Source: Trypethelium eluteriae
Lineage: Eukaryota
Assembly (NCBI GenBank): GCA_051942245.1
Contig: JAVECL010000067.1
Coordinates: 1-63,605 of the forward strand
Reading direction: 5' to 3'
DNA: 63,605 nt
A program made the translations under genes and the position numbers. Below, piece after piece: positions 13,639 through 25,393 of the stretch. Each line of letters begins with the position of its first letter. Position 1 is the first letter of the stretch. The notes under the pieces are model-generated. The model saw only the letters and a program-made list of their open reading frames with translations, made no database searches and was not told the origin of the DNA.

Positions 13639-14159
13639 TCATTCTCCATCGAGTGCAGAATTAGCTAGGGCATCTGCTTCGCTGTTGTCTTCCCTTGGGA
13701 TCAGCCAAAATTCGCATTCGACGCCACCATCATCACCGTACTCCATTTCATCCAATGTATCATGAATCTCCTTGAGTTTCTCAAAAGCGTGAAATCCTCA
13801 TGGCAGATTTCGCGAATGATTTCCAGAGCCTTTGAGAGCGCTTCAGTCTCAGCACGGCTGCTTGTCTGGGGAATACTCGAATCGATAAGTCCGCAGACGT
13901 TGTGCTTCGACTCCGGGCCAAACCATATACCGTACGAGGCTTTAGCAGACGGGCTTCCGTTGTTCCGGCATGCTCCGTCGATGCGGACAACCATTGAATG
14001 TGCATTTACATGAACACCTGCGGCATAACTAAAAAGCCGATGCTGTGTGATTTGCTTCTCCTGATCGTAGGCGAGGAGACCAACAGATTGTACTTCACGC
14101 GCACGATATATCTTGTCAGGCAGCCAGAGGCGGCTAAGCTCTTCTCCGTAGTCGTCCAT
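13639..14159 (-). pseudogene. RNase H1-like gene with an internal deletion and frameshift
   Basis: N-part has RIDGACRNNG, ASYGIWFGP and QTSSRAETEA. The frame changes near 13786 to FEKLKEIHDTLDEMEYG...FWLIPREDNSEADALANSAL*. The central TDS-type segment carrying the third catalytic Asp is absent. Confidence 0.8.
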
Positions 14160-14662
14160 GCTTCGTCAAGCGAGTGCCTGAGAGTCACTGTGCTTGATCG
14201 CTAGGAAATATGCAAACAATAGCCCTGGGTGCGTTCACAGTGTGGTACGAGCTATGGAGGCTGGGATATAGAAGGAAATCATAAAGCAAAACGATAGTGC
14301 AATATTTGGGAAGCGAGGGTACTCTAGGCGTGCAATCCGCCCGGCCTTACCTAAACTCTTCCCCGCCTCGCCTAGCTCCGCTGTATTGACCTGTACATCC
14401 ATCCCTCCTTAGGGTTCCGGGACTAGGCCTCGAAAGACTATCAATTTGAAGCCTTGGCTGATCATCGTGTCGCTTCCTCGTAAAATATGATTGGTGAGTA
14501 CGAATGACTGTGATGACATCATGGCGCAACCTGGTTCATGATAAAAGAATTGTAGACCAACAAAAGATAAAAGGGGAGCAGGCTTGCTACTATTCTCAAG
14601 AATAGAATAATTCACACAAATTGCCTAATATATCTAAGGCTATACTTGTAGAAGACTCTTGC

Positions 14663-15742
14663 TCACTCTTTACTATTGTTCTTGTCCCATGCCTGTTCAA
14701 CCTCTGCACCTACGCCTTTTCCGACCATGGTTCCAGTCGTCGCCCCGGCCGCGATTCCACCAAGAGGACCTGCCGCGCATCCACCGGCTGCGGCTGCCAT
14801 TGCAAGAGGCACGCCTGCGCCCCACGCAGCAGATGTCGAGGCTACTTTCTTCCAAGGGCTGGGCTTCTTGAGCTGAGGCTGCTCCTTATTGGCCGTGTTG
14901 TAGATGTGAAGCAGCGTCCCATCGGATGCATCTGGGACGTTGAGATAGTTGTACGGCTTTCCGGTACTGTCTTGGAGTTCACCCTCGAGGCTCAGAGGCT
15001 GCAGCTCTTGCGGAATGGCGACTGTGTCAGGAACCATGAATAAACGGGTTGCCGGCATGAGAACATGGAATACCGGATCGGGTCCGACGACTTCGCGTGT
15101 GGTGCGCAGACACGCCCCCAAAACGTTGAGGTCCTCGAAGATGCCGAGGAGGTAGGGAAGTGGATTTGCCTCGTTGAGACGATGGAACGCAGGACGCCAT
15201 TCGTTTCCCTGATGGAAGACAAATAGATAATGCTTGTCTGACTGTGTCGCTATCTGGTCGCTGCGCATCTTGACGTAATCGTACACATGCTCTGGAAAGT
15301 CATGTTGTGCTTTGTGGCTAACGAGCTCTTGAACATCAGTGCTGATTGACTTGAGGCTATGCTTGATATCTTCCACGTCCCTCCCGAGCTTATTTTGGAA
15401 TTCTTGGAGCTTCTTCTGAGCATCCGCACCAGTATATGCTTTATACAAATTAGCTAGACCGGCCGCTGCGGCCGCAAATGTCAGGGAGCAGCCAACGATT
15501 GGTGCCCATTTGGTGGCAATGGAACCCACGGAGTTGGCAGTATCAGCCACCGACTTGGCACTGCCAGCCACGGAGCCGACGTGTGGCAGAAGTTCTTTAC
15601 GGAGGAGTTCGGCATATTCGTTTGCTTGAGATCTGACCTCTTTGCGCCATTTATCGCTTTGTCGAGTGCCACTGCCAACTCCTGCTCCTGCGACAACCGC
15701 CGAGCCCAGGGCGAACAGTGGCGCTGCGGCAGCGACAGCCAT
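14663..15742 (-). CDS. Hypothetical membrane-associated protein with small-residue hydrophobic helices, coiled coil and C-terminal glycine zipper
   Basis: Intact ORF with first ATG at 15742. Hydrophobic segments AAAAPLFALGSAVVAGAGVG and WAPIVGCSLTFAAAAAGLA, a heptad region (QKKLQEFQNKLGRDVEDIKHSLKSI), and C-terminal GAGVPLAMAAAAGGCAAGPLGGIAAGATTGTMVGKGVG. Confidence 0.7.
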   Translation of the reverse strand: MAVAAAAPLFALGSAVVAGAGVGSGTRQSDKWRKEVRSQANEYAELLRKELLPHVGSVAGSAKSVADTANSVGSIATKWAPIVGCSLTFAAAAAGLANLYKAYTGADAQKKLQEFQNKLGRDVEDIKHSLKSISTDVQELVSHKAQHDFPEHVYDYVKMRSDQIATQSDKHYLFVFHQGNEWRPAFHRLNEANPLPYLLGIFEDLNVLGACLRTTREVVGPDPVFHVLMPATRLFMVPDTVAIPQELQPLSLEGELQDSTGKPYNYLNVPDASDGTLLHIYNTANKEQPQLKKPSPWKKVASTSAAWGAGVPLAMAAAAGGCAAGPLGGIAAGATTGTMVGKGVGAEVEQAWDKNNSKE

Positions 15743-18634
15743 AGGAGTGGCTCGTTTCGGAGAAGATGTCAAAGGTCCGTCCAATGTTGAGCTGATCTAC
15801 CTGCGAAAGCTAGTGGGAGCGCGCAACGAGAAGCAGAAGAAGACAAGACTATATAGCGAGTAGGAGAATACGGTCAGAGTACGCGTCGAACTCGAGATTG
15901 ACGGATGTGAGCGGTCTCTTATATTGTGGTAAGTACCTACACTAGCATGATTAGTTTCATCAAGTTCCACAGATACTGCGAACTGCGAACTGCGAAGGCA
16001 GCCTCGAAGCCCGGCCACAGACAATGCATCTAGTGTCTGCTGCGCGCCTCAACAATGCACGACTGCACAATGCTGTGATAAATCATCTCAGACGTGCACT
16101 TCCATGATGCAGGTGGAGGCTGTGCTATGTATGATGTTGAAAGGTCGGCGGTGATCGAAGTTGATGCCCAAGAGTAATCTCCATTTGTTGAGCGGATAAC
16201 CTATGATGCTAGAGTATCGGGACTCCATCTGGATTCTGGTCCTTGTCCTCGTTTGCCTTGCCAGTGGGCATTGTGTCCGTGCAATAGCATGTAAAGGTGC
16301 AAGATGCGAGCGGGCCCTAACATAGTTGGCGAAGCATTGCAGTCCGTAAAGCCTGGGAGTTAATTACGATACCGCGGCTGCCCTTCCGGCTCTCTACTCG
16401 GCTTACTTGCCTTTCGGTGAAGCGTCCTGAGCTGCGACTCACAACTTAGGACACCCTCGCCAGCCACCACCCGCACCCGTCTGAAAATTACGCCATTAAT
16501 GCTACACTCTCGTTGAACTGCTGGTCTCACTGCCCGTCGATAAAGTAGATACAGATGTCGCAATGCTTCTAACTAAAGACAAGTCTTCAGTGACTCCAAA
16601 CAACCTTCCAATTTACTTACAATTACCTTCTAGTACACCATACATTGACTTCCCTTCCATTCTGGTCCCAACTGATATCATCTCGTCTGGCAGTATGGTC
16701 GACAACGCCGTCTCCCGCAACTTTACCAAAGAAGACACCGCCGCTCGGTCCTTCGCCCGCCTCCCTTCCGTTATCTATAGTATCTTCGGCCTGCAGTCGT
16801 CCAGCCCGCCCATTCTTCGTTGTCGAAACGCAACCCAAACCTCTATTGTGCAGCAATAGGACCCAATCGAGCTCTTGACCGTAGAGCTGCGGTACCCCAG
16901 TCTGTATCGCAATGGCAGCAAAGGAGGCAGTGCACCTCGACCCCTCAGAGCAACACTGAATAAAAATACCAGTACTGCCGCTGGATACAGAGTACACATT
17001 TTAATCTGGTCATACTGTGTGGTAAGCTGACCCAGTACTAATCTATACAGGATGCTTTTGTATTTTGACATGCCGTTCGAGCATCACCCTGAAAGATGGA
17101 ATGCTGGGTAAATATATGGCATGGTCCACAGCGAAAGCAGAATTCTAACGAAGACTATGGCGCGGTAAGAGCAGGCATTTGTGCCGTCTTGTCCGGGGTC
17201 GAGAGCCTGCACAGGCAGGAGAGTCGATTTGCAGTTTTGGCGAATACGAACAAGATGAAAGGGAGATTTTAGTAAACCCCCATCTTGTCCCCTTTTTGTT
17301 GGAGACCTTTCATCCCATGCTATTCTTCATTCTAGTCCCATTCCATTGGGGAATGAGGTGGGAATTCCCCAAACCTTTGTGACTCTTAAGTGAAATGGAG
17401 GCGGTCAAGACAGAGTTACTTTATGCAGTACTAAGTATGTGGTGGTCTTCAGCAAGAAATGCAACTATAGCAGGCTTGACCGCAATCTCAACAGCAGTAA
17501 TAATAATCTGGTAGGCTGAGTGGTAAGTGCAATAATGTTAAAAGGTATTACGGAGTCGTAGATATAGGCAGGCGTTAAAAAGGACGCATGTCTAATAATA
17601 CAACCTTGCCTTCCCATTCTCCCACCCGTCCTTTGACCCGTCCGTCGGACAAAAACCTGCAAATGTCTCATACCTCCGTAATGTGAATGAGATTGATTCA
17701 GCTGCAGTCTGAATCCGCTATCCCTTGTATGGTCGCCACCATTGCCGTGGGCTGTTGCGCAAAGGCCTCCCTTTCCATAAGTGGGTAGAGTAGCGTATGA
17801 CAGATGGTTCGTGCGCGACAGCCCGACCGTAGCACGGCAGGAAAAAATCTGTAAGGACACCACCGCCGATCGGTAGCGACAACACCAACAAACTTCTTCT
17901 GCTGTAACAAATAAATAAACCCCCTCTTGCTCCAAGTCGCCCACTTTGATAGGACTAAGATGTTCGGACCAAGGTCATAGGACTAGAGTACGGAGGGCCA
18001 CGAGCATAGGGACCTCTCCCGAACAATTGCGAGTCCCAAAGCTCTTCTGAATAGACGTCTGTCAATCAAGTGCTTGTCGGGAGGTACAAAAAAGAGGGTT
18101 AATAATGGGGTTCAATGCTGCAAGTGGCTGTTTATTACAGCGAAAGAGGCTTAAGTAGCTGCCGTCGTCCTTACCGATCGGTGGTGTTGTCTTTATAGAT
18201 TCCCCTATGGCATGGGATTATTCGGCCCTGCTACCAATTAGCATATGATCCAATAATGGATGTTTGGGCTCTTGGTGCTTTCATTATTGCCTCATTGCCC
18301 CGCTCCTCGAGTAAAAAGGCTTTGCGCGATCGGAGATGGCTGTATCCAGCCATAGTGAGCTGAAACCAACAAGGCGTAACGTTACACTGTATGCCTACGA
18401 CCTACATACAGGAGGTCCTGGCGGCGTCAGTGCGTTTATTTCCACTCATCTTTCGCATGAGCTGACATCCAGCATAAATGAAGGCTTGACGAACTCCCAG
18501 CTCATGCTTCCGACCTCACCCACTACCAATCTGTACGTTCTCATTTCACACGCTCCTTCGTGCTTCTCCAATTAGTCTTGTCACGCTTTTCTGTTTCTAC
18601 AGCGCAGGAAAAGAAGATAGTCCGCTTAGGTGTA

Positions 18635-21600
18635 ATGTTTCACTTGAACTGTCTAGTTCAATCTTTGCTTTTTCATACGCTACTTGTTGAGTGTATATCT
18701 CCCTTCCAAAATTTGACCAGAACAATTGGTAAGAGCAAGATCGATGTTCCGAATGGATAATAACTGATTGCTCCGAGGAAAATCCAGAAGCTCATGTGCC
18801 GATTAATTCTAGATCTACGTCGTTCACTGCACACTCTACCTCCAATAGCGCACCTGCAAGCCCAAATCTAAAGCTTGAACCGACCGATTTCTCTCCAAGT
18901 TCGACGAAATCAGTGGGTCTTGGGGACTTGGTGGCTAGTGGATTCAGTTTGACTAAACAATCGACTGCAACGGCATTGAATAGAGATGGGGGTACTACAA
19001 TGCAAGAGTCTATAAGGCTTTCCAAAGGGGAGAATCTCGAAACTCCAGCGTCCCACCGTCACATTAACCTTTTTAACATAACGAGTCTTACGTCTTCCCC
19101 CACAAAGCCCTACAGCGGTAAAACAATATCGGAGGCCAGCGTTGAACAACCTACAAATGCATCAACAGAATGGCTTCAAAATACGATGGCGATCCCGCAT
19201 TTGTCACTCGCTCCTTCCAACAGCTCCAAGAATGATAGTTTTGTCGTTAGCAAATGCTGGGCGCAATGGACAGATTATTGGTCTCAATATGATTCTGCTA
19301 CCACTTTCCGTTGGGTCACTGTCGGAAATACGAGTACGACGACTGGCACTTGGACTGTAACAAGTATCAGCGCAGTGTACGGCACGTCGTTTTCTACAGA
19401 GACGTGGAAGAATACACTTACCCATACTCTAAGTGCTGATGGCTTCACTTATACCACACAGACAGAGGCTGATACAGGCACAAATCCTCAAGCTAATCTC
19501 TATACCATATCTGCAACAACTTCCACTTCCACCGAGACATACACTGAAACTGAATATCCGGACGAGACTTCGGAGACCTCCTCACTCACTATTCCAACAC
19601 CCGGGTGCCATCTTCCGTCAGATCCATCTCGTCTTCCCCAGTGCCAGGAGGCCTGGGACGATCGGGTCAGCAAGAGAGTCACAACTTTGACCTCATCCAA
19701 AGTGTCCTGTACTGAACTAATCGATGTCTCCTGCTCAGATAAAGACTTGTCGTATAAAAGCGACCATTTGTCTTTTGATCTTGGGAACAGCGCGCCATCT
19801 CCACATTGCAGCCAAGCTTCTATTGCACCCGAAAAGTGTAGTGGCTTATCTTCTAGTTACATGAGCAACTGGTTGGTGGATAGAGCTTATCCTTCGCTGG
19901 GCCCCTTGGGCCTATTTAATCAACCAGCAAGTCTATTTCAACCCAATTACGACCCAATGGTCTCGGTAGGGTATCAAGCCGCGACTATCAAAGCTTCCAA
20001 CGGGTCTACAATTACGACTAGTTATTGGCCCTCTACTTCCATGCTCGCTGCTGGATGTTCACTGGGATGCGGTCAGTGCGCGATCACGGGCGGAACTGTG
20101 CGTTTGCTGTACTGGCCAGTCACCTCGACTGTGACGGCGAATGAGAGCACGATACTGCTGCAAAGGACCACACCTCTCACAGCCTTTGCGTTTGGCACTT
20201 CCTTCATTTCGCCTACTGTATATGTGTCATACGCGAGCATATACGCGTCTGATTCATGCGGAGCAATCGGCGCGACGCATAACGCGACTTTCATCGCCTT
20301 GAGTAACACACAAGAACTCTCCAGTATTTGGGTCGATTTTCCAGGAGGTGGCCAAGATCTTGCGACCCATACAGCCTCGTTAAACTTCACGGACCTCAAC
20401 AGCCCAGTGCCTGAAAGCATATATAGCCGTCAGCCATTGTGTGCGTCTTGGACTGCTAGTATTTACTACGACTACATGCATGATCCCCAGAACCTCACTA
20501 ATACGATCTGTCCGCAGACCGGGCCGTACGAGCCTGTGCTTGTGGTCCCGCCTGATCATCTGCAAACTGTGGATCCGAGTTGGGCAGGATGCTCGGTAGA
20601 TATCAGAAATTTGTATGATCCGCCTTATGCTCTTCAGCCTGCTGCTCGTGCCGCTGCACCAGTTTCTGAGAATGATCCTTTCTCAACCACGAGAGCAGCT
20701 CCAGTACCATATGCTCCACCTGTTCATCCCTCTCAGACAGCACCACAGCCAATTGCCACCGTCAGTGTGGGGTCACAAGCCGTAGGAGGAGATCCGAAAC
20801 AACCCAACGCCGGGCAAGCATTTCCAGCATCCACAACAACATTACTACCTACAACGGGTCAATCGAATTCCGTAGATCCGACATCCCAGCCTCCCGCTAA
20901 TGGCGACCTTCCGGCATCGAGTGCAGATCCTGCCAAAAGTCCCGGAGATCCGTTCAGTGGTGTGTTCGGGCCGAGTCCTGGCGTTGCTCAAGCACATAGC
21001 CTTGACCCAGCGGTGCATCAAACTGCATCTCTCGATCCGGGGTATCGTCTTCCTGCTGTATCTACTACCAGCCTATCTCGCGACCCTTCTGATAACAATA
21101 TCGGTCACAAAGCTGGCGCCGGCATAGCATCGATTCCAGGAAAAGAGAACGCAGGGTTTGCGGCTTTCAGTTCACCGGCGAATGACGCTGTCGATAGCGT
21201 TCCTTCTGTGCTTGTGGGAGGCGCCCAGGGTGCTCAGAAAATGGGGACACAGCAAGGGGGTCCAACAGTAGCTGATACCCACGACAGCCCAGCAGCAGGC
21301 AACTCGGAATCCCAGCATTCCGACCTGCAACTTGGAAGTCTCGTTATAGGCGATCCAAACGACAGTCCAGTAACTGGCGCTCCTGTTCCTCAGGCTTCAC
21401 ATTTGCATTCGCAATCTGGAGTCCCTGCAACTGATGGTGTCGGCGAAGACGCTGTATCCGGCAACCTTGTGCCCGCATATCCAAGTCCTGTGCTTGCAGG
21501 CGAAGACTTGAGCGCGATGGTGGCTTCAACAGCTATTCCGCTGGCTGTCTTCGCTGTTGGTCGACAAACATATACTGCCTCTTCTGGGCGTCCGTTGATC

Positions 21601-22629
21601 ATCGGCTCACTCACTATCAATAGTAATGAACCAGCGGCAACGATCGATGGCCAGAAGATTAGCCTAGGCTCGAGTGGAGTTAACATCGGCACTGAGTCAA
21701 TTCCCTTCTCGGATACTCCCGTTGCAATCCGTCCAACTGTTTTCACAGTCAATGGAGATTCCATCACAGCATCTCCAATCGATGGCACTGAGCTCGGAGG
21801 GAGCGGCGGTATTGTCGTCTCAGGATCCTCATTGACCATGACGCTGCACATTGGAGGGCCTACATTCACAGACGGCAGCCAGCTCTATAGCGCAGCGCCT
21901 CATGGTCTGGTAATTGGTTCGTCTACAATTAATTTCCCAGCAGGAGATATAGCAGCTACAGAGACAGGAGCGGCGTTCTCAATGAAGGGGTCGATATTTA
22001 CGGCTTTCGAAACGCCAGCCCCGGGACAAGATGGGGGAAAGAATATCATCATACCACTCGGAACAACGATACTGACCTTAGAACAGGGTCAGTCGATAAC
22101 TCTGGATGGCCAATTCATCAGCTTTAACGGAAACGATCTCCGTATAGGGACGACACTTCAATCATTGAGCACGTTTCTCTCTGCAGCGCCTGGAGCACCC
22201 TCGCAGAGGGTAATCGCTTTATTACCCATATCTGGTGTGACATACACTGCGACTGAATTTAGTGATCCACATCACAGAGGCCAGAGCGAAGTCGTGTTAC
22301 CAGCAGGTTCTATGACTTGGACCTTATCTTCTGGTGGGACTGCCGTGACTGTAAATGGACAGCTCGTTAGTGATTTGGGCGATGGGCTTGTGGTCGGGAC
22401 AAGCACAGTAGCTTTCGAGACTGTGACTGAAACCGGAGCTGGAGTATCTAGTACCTGCAGGGAAACTTCTACGTCCAAAATGGGATCGGGATCTGCTGCA
22501 GGTACACACCCGACCGCGTCACTAGCTGCTTCGAGTGCCATCCCTCAAGCCGATCGAGCAGTATCAACAGTGCTGTGGACTCGACCATGGGTCGCAGCTG
22601 TGCTGCTGGGTAGTTTACTTCTAATGTAG
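18635..22629 (+). CDS. Large secreted, putatively GPI-anchored cell-surface protein; paralog B of 8209-13376
   Basis: Signal exon MFHLNCLVQSLLFHTLLVEC at 18635-18728. Intron 18729-18787 (GTAAGA...CTGAT...CAG) is in frame with the 18796 ORF. Shares LGDLxASG, CWxQW, GCSLGCxxCAxTGGTVRLxYWP, [17 protein letters not shown] and PYEPVLVVP...DPxW...LYDPPYAL with paralog A. Hydrophobic C-terminus. Confidence 0.87.
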
Positions 22630-22790
22630 ACAGTAGTTGGTTAGATGAGATAATGGACATCCGATCACGATTTTATGCCGGAAAATCTTCCACTACCAAC
22701 CACGTGGACGCCAGGAGATCAAGAGGAAATCTGTCTAAGGAAGAGAGTGAAGGCTAGACGAACATAATGTACATAAGAACGAAGGGAGGG

Positions 22791-23019
22791 TGATGTTGTT
22801 CATGAAGTTGATCCAATCAACATAGCCTCGGAGGTGGTGTCTACCACATCTCACGCGCGCTCGGATCCCTTCATGTAGATCCTTACGCCCTGTAGTTATT
22901 AGCCAATTTCCCTTCGCCCTCACCTAGATAGGGAGATCTATATAGCAGCCTGCACCTCGGGCGACCTAGATAGGTCAATTGAGTTCTTTCCTCCGATTCA
23001 GTTGTTTGTTAAAACATCA
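22791..23019 (+). mobile_element. Solo LTR (family A, 229 bp) with 5-bp TSD GAGGG
   Basis: Termini TGATGTT...AACATCA (TG..CA with a short inverted repeat). GAGGG at 22786-22790 and 23020-23024. Homologous copies at 1-139 and 51443-51673. Confidence 0.93.
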
Positions 23020-24079
23020 GAGGGAGGGAAGCTTTGCAAAGGGCGAAAGTGGAGGCAGTTGTGATGCGAATTTGATCTGGGGTACGAACAGCAGAAAAGT
23101 TAAGTGGATGTAGACTGGGATTGAGATTAGGTTCACAATAACATGGGATGGATGGGGATCGAGAATATGATCCCGTCCTAGTATTGTGGTGAGAATCCAG
23201 CGAGTTTTGATATTCCCCATTCTGGGACTTCTAGTCGATTTCCTAGTGCAATAAGTTCCTCAATAGCCGTATCCAAGCAGGTTTTATATATATATCCATT
23301 GGGGAACTCATCTTTATTAGGTACTTCCGACTCTTCGCCAGCCGTTTTTCCTTCTTCTTCGCTGCTAATACTACTTCGGGGTCCACCTGAAAGGGTACTG
23401 AAGCAAGTGCTCTCTTTTGCAGAACTTCTATTCTTTCCCAATGCTTCATATCATCCTTTCTCCTATAGTTCTTGACTACCAAAAGTATGAAAGCCTATAA
23501 AGAAACGTGTGAGTCGTTTCCAGCATAGTGAAGTTTGTCAAAAGGACATTTAAGTTCTGTAAGAAAATTGACAAGACATCCAGCGCAGGACGGGTTCGTG
23601 CGCAGTCCAAGTGGTATCATGTGTATCAGCAAAACGTGTTAGAAAGTCAGAACCGACAGCTCCAAGAGCATGTAGATCACGCCTAACATCATGACTGACA
23701 AGGACGATACTACGTGACCGTGAAATCAAGGTTTCAAGAGATCCATTTCGAGATCAGATCAGCTGCTCTCCCAAAAGTAGTCTACAGCATCGGAGAGCGT
23801 CCTGGGCTGATCAGGGTATATGTGCTGTAAGGTATTGTATCTGTACAAACTTGTAGCTTGTACTTCGTATCTATATCGAGTTGATGTTAAGCTTTGAGGA
23901 TGACACAATGTCTCTGGGTCATGATGCAAGAGCGAGTGTTACATGATAAAAGCAACGAAAAGCACAGCTGGATGAAAGAATGCGAGGCTGCCAGGCTCCT
24001 TCCTGCTGAAAGGCAACAGCATTGGAGTCGTTTTGGTGGTTGCTATTGGCTCATTTGTACTAGTGCACGGTCTACATAG

Positions 24080-24150
24080 TGTAATTGGCATGTACCGTAT
24101 GGCAGTTCCTATTTTTCTCTCGTATAGAAAAGCTTTGCACGCTCTAAAAA
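24080..24150 (+). repeat. 71-bp direct repeat, copy 1 (copy 2 at 28424-28494)
   Basis: TGTAATTGGCATGTACCGTATGGCAGTTCCTATTTTTCTCTCGTATAGAAAAGCTTTGCACGCTCTAAAAA versus TGTAATTAGCATGTACCACATGGCAGCCCCTATTTTTCTGTCATATAGAAAAGCTTTGCACGCTCTGAAAA; about 8 mismatches, mostly transitions. Confidence 0.9.
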
Positions 24151-24169
24151 ATTCTACTCTAGCGGCGCC

Positions 24170-25393
24170 TCACATGCTCTGATCTACCTTCCCATCTGCT
24201 ACGCGTAGCTCCAACTTATCCTGCGATTCAAGCGTCAGAGGAGTAACGATGATCCGACATAAATGCGCTGGCACCCTTCCTTCCTCGCTTTCCTCCTTCC
24301 CAACCTCGCCATGCCACCACCGGCAGCCACTAGATCGCATTCGGATCGTGTACTGCCCATCCTCCAACCCATCCACAAGCGAACTGATATCAATCTCCCT
24401 AATAATCGGAGCTCCGGGGCTCAATATCACCAAATCTTCCACCTTTGGCCGACGACCAGCGGTAGAGCTTGTCAACGCACCTGTACCGTGCTGTTCACTC
24501 CCCCGAACCACTTCTCCAGTTGCAGAATTGACAACCTGAAGACTGGACGTCGGCGGCCTAGAGGGGCTGGCATCGATAATTCTCACGCGATCGTCAACAG
24601 CGTCAGGCTCGGGCTGGAAGGGACCCCAGGGAATCAGGAAGCACTGGTGTCCCCGCGTTTGCACCGTGACCGAGTCGGAGCCGTTGTTAGTAACAGAGAC
24701 CTCCAGGAAAGTGCTACTGCCGCTGCCGCTGCTGAGTTCGGCGTTGGTAAGTGCAAAATCAGAGGATGGAGAAGAAGTCCGAAAACGCATCCTTGTCTCG
24801 ATCCTTGGTGGCCAGGATAGGCTTTTCGCTACTGTAAACGTCGCGTTACTCGCAGTGGATTTGCTATTAACCAAATTTACCGCTTCAGAATCATGGTTTG
24901 GTATGCCATCATTTTCGACAAACTGCATTTGATCACTGTATGCCCACCGTTTCACACCAAGATCTCTGCTCGCCAGTCTTAAGGTATATTTCTTTCCTGG
25001 CTCCAGAATTGTTGCCAAGACCCCATTCACATCCAAATGATATTGATATACCGTGAACGCGTCCCTCCAGTGCTCCGTCCTATTGACTGGGGATGGCAGG
25101 GAAAGGCACCCTGCCTCCTTCGCGGCAACTTCGTTCAGTCGGCCAAGATCTACATCAATCCACTGCTCAGCGTCTTCGGGATTTCGTTCGTGTAGTGTAA
25201 GCAACCCATGTGCTAGCGCATATGGGACGTCCAGTACCGAGCCTGCAATCTTGAGTAGTAACGGTCGAGGGTCAGTATCGGTTGGTGAGCGACGACAGAA
25301 CCCGAAGACTATGTGGAAAGGTAGGTGGCCTGAGGCATCAAAAATGAGGTAGCGGCTATGGATTTGTGTGTGGATTCGCAATTCGTTCATCAT
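24170..25393 (-). CDS. Hypothetical 407-aa cytoplasmic protein, apparently two tandem beta-sandwich-like repeats
   Basis: Intact intronless ORF with no signal peptide. Both halves carry an LExGxxYTxRxxSxxxGxxRW-like motif (LEPGKKYTLRLASRDLGVKRW; LEDGQYTIRMRSSGCRWW). Confidence 0.75.
   Translation of the reverse strand: MMNELRIHTQIHSRYLIFDASGHLPFHIVFGFCRRSPTDTDPRPLLLKIAGSVLDVPYALAHGLLTLHERNPEDAEQWIDVDLGRLNEVAAKEAGCLSLPSPVNRTEHWRDAFTVYQYHLDVNGVLATILEPGKKYTLRLASRDLGVKRWAYSDQMQFVENDGIPNHDSEAVNLVNSKSTASNATFTVAKSLSWPPRIETRMRFRTSSPSSDFALTNAELSSGSGSSTFLEVSVTNNGSDSVTVQTRGHQCFLIPWGPFQPEPDAVDDRVRIIDASPSRPPTSSLQVVNSATGEVVRGSEQHGTGALTSSTAGRRPKVEDLVILSPGAPIIREIDISSLVDGLEDGQYTIRMRSSGCRWWHGEVGKEESEEGRVPAHLCRIIVTPLTLESQDKLELRVADGKVDQSM

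Noticed and set aside
22776..22790. Purine-rich tract before the LTR as a polypurine tract of a full-length retrotransposon
   Set aside because: GAGGG is duplicated on both sides as a TSD, and the upstream DNA is the 3' region of the surface-protein gene, not pol.
23025..23482. Short minus-strand ORFs next to the solo LTR, and similar fragments at 16560-17070, 39700-40620, 52778-53600 and 57030-57900
   Set aside because: Fragmentary with no recognisable motifs. They may be decayed genes but cannot be supported from sequence alone.
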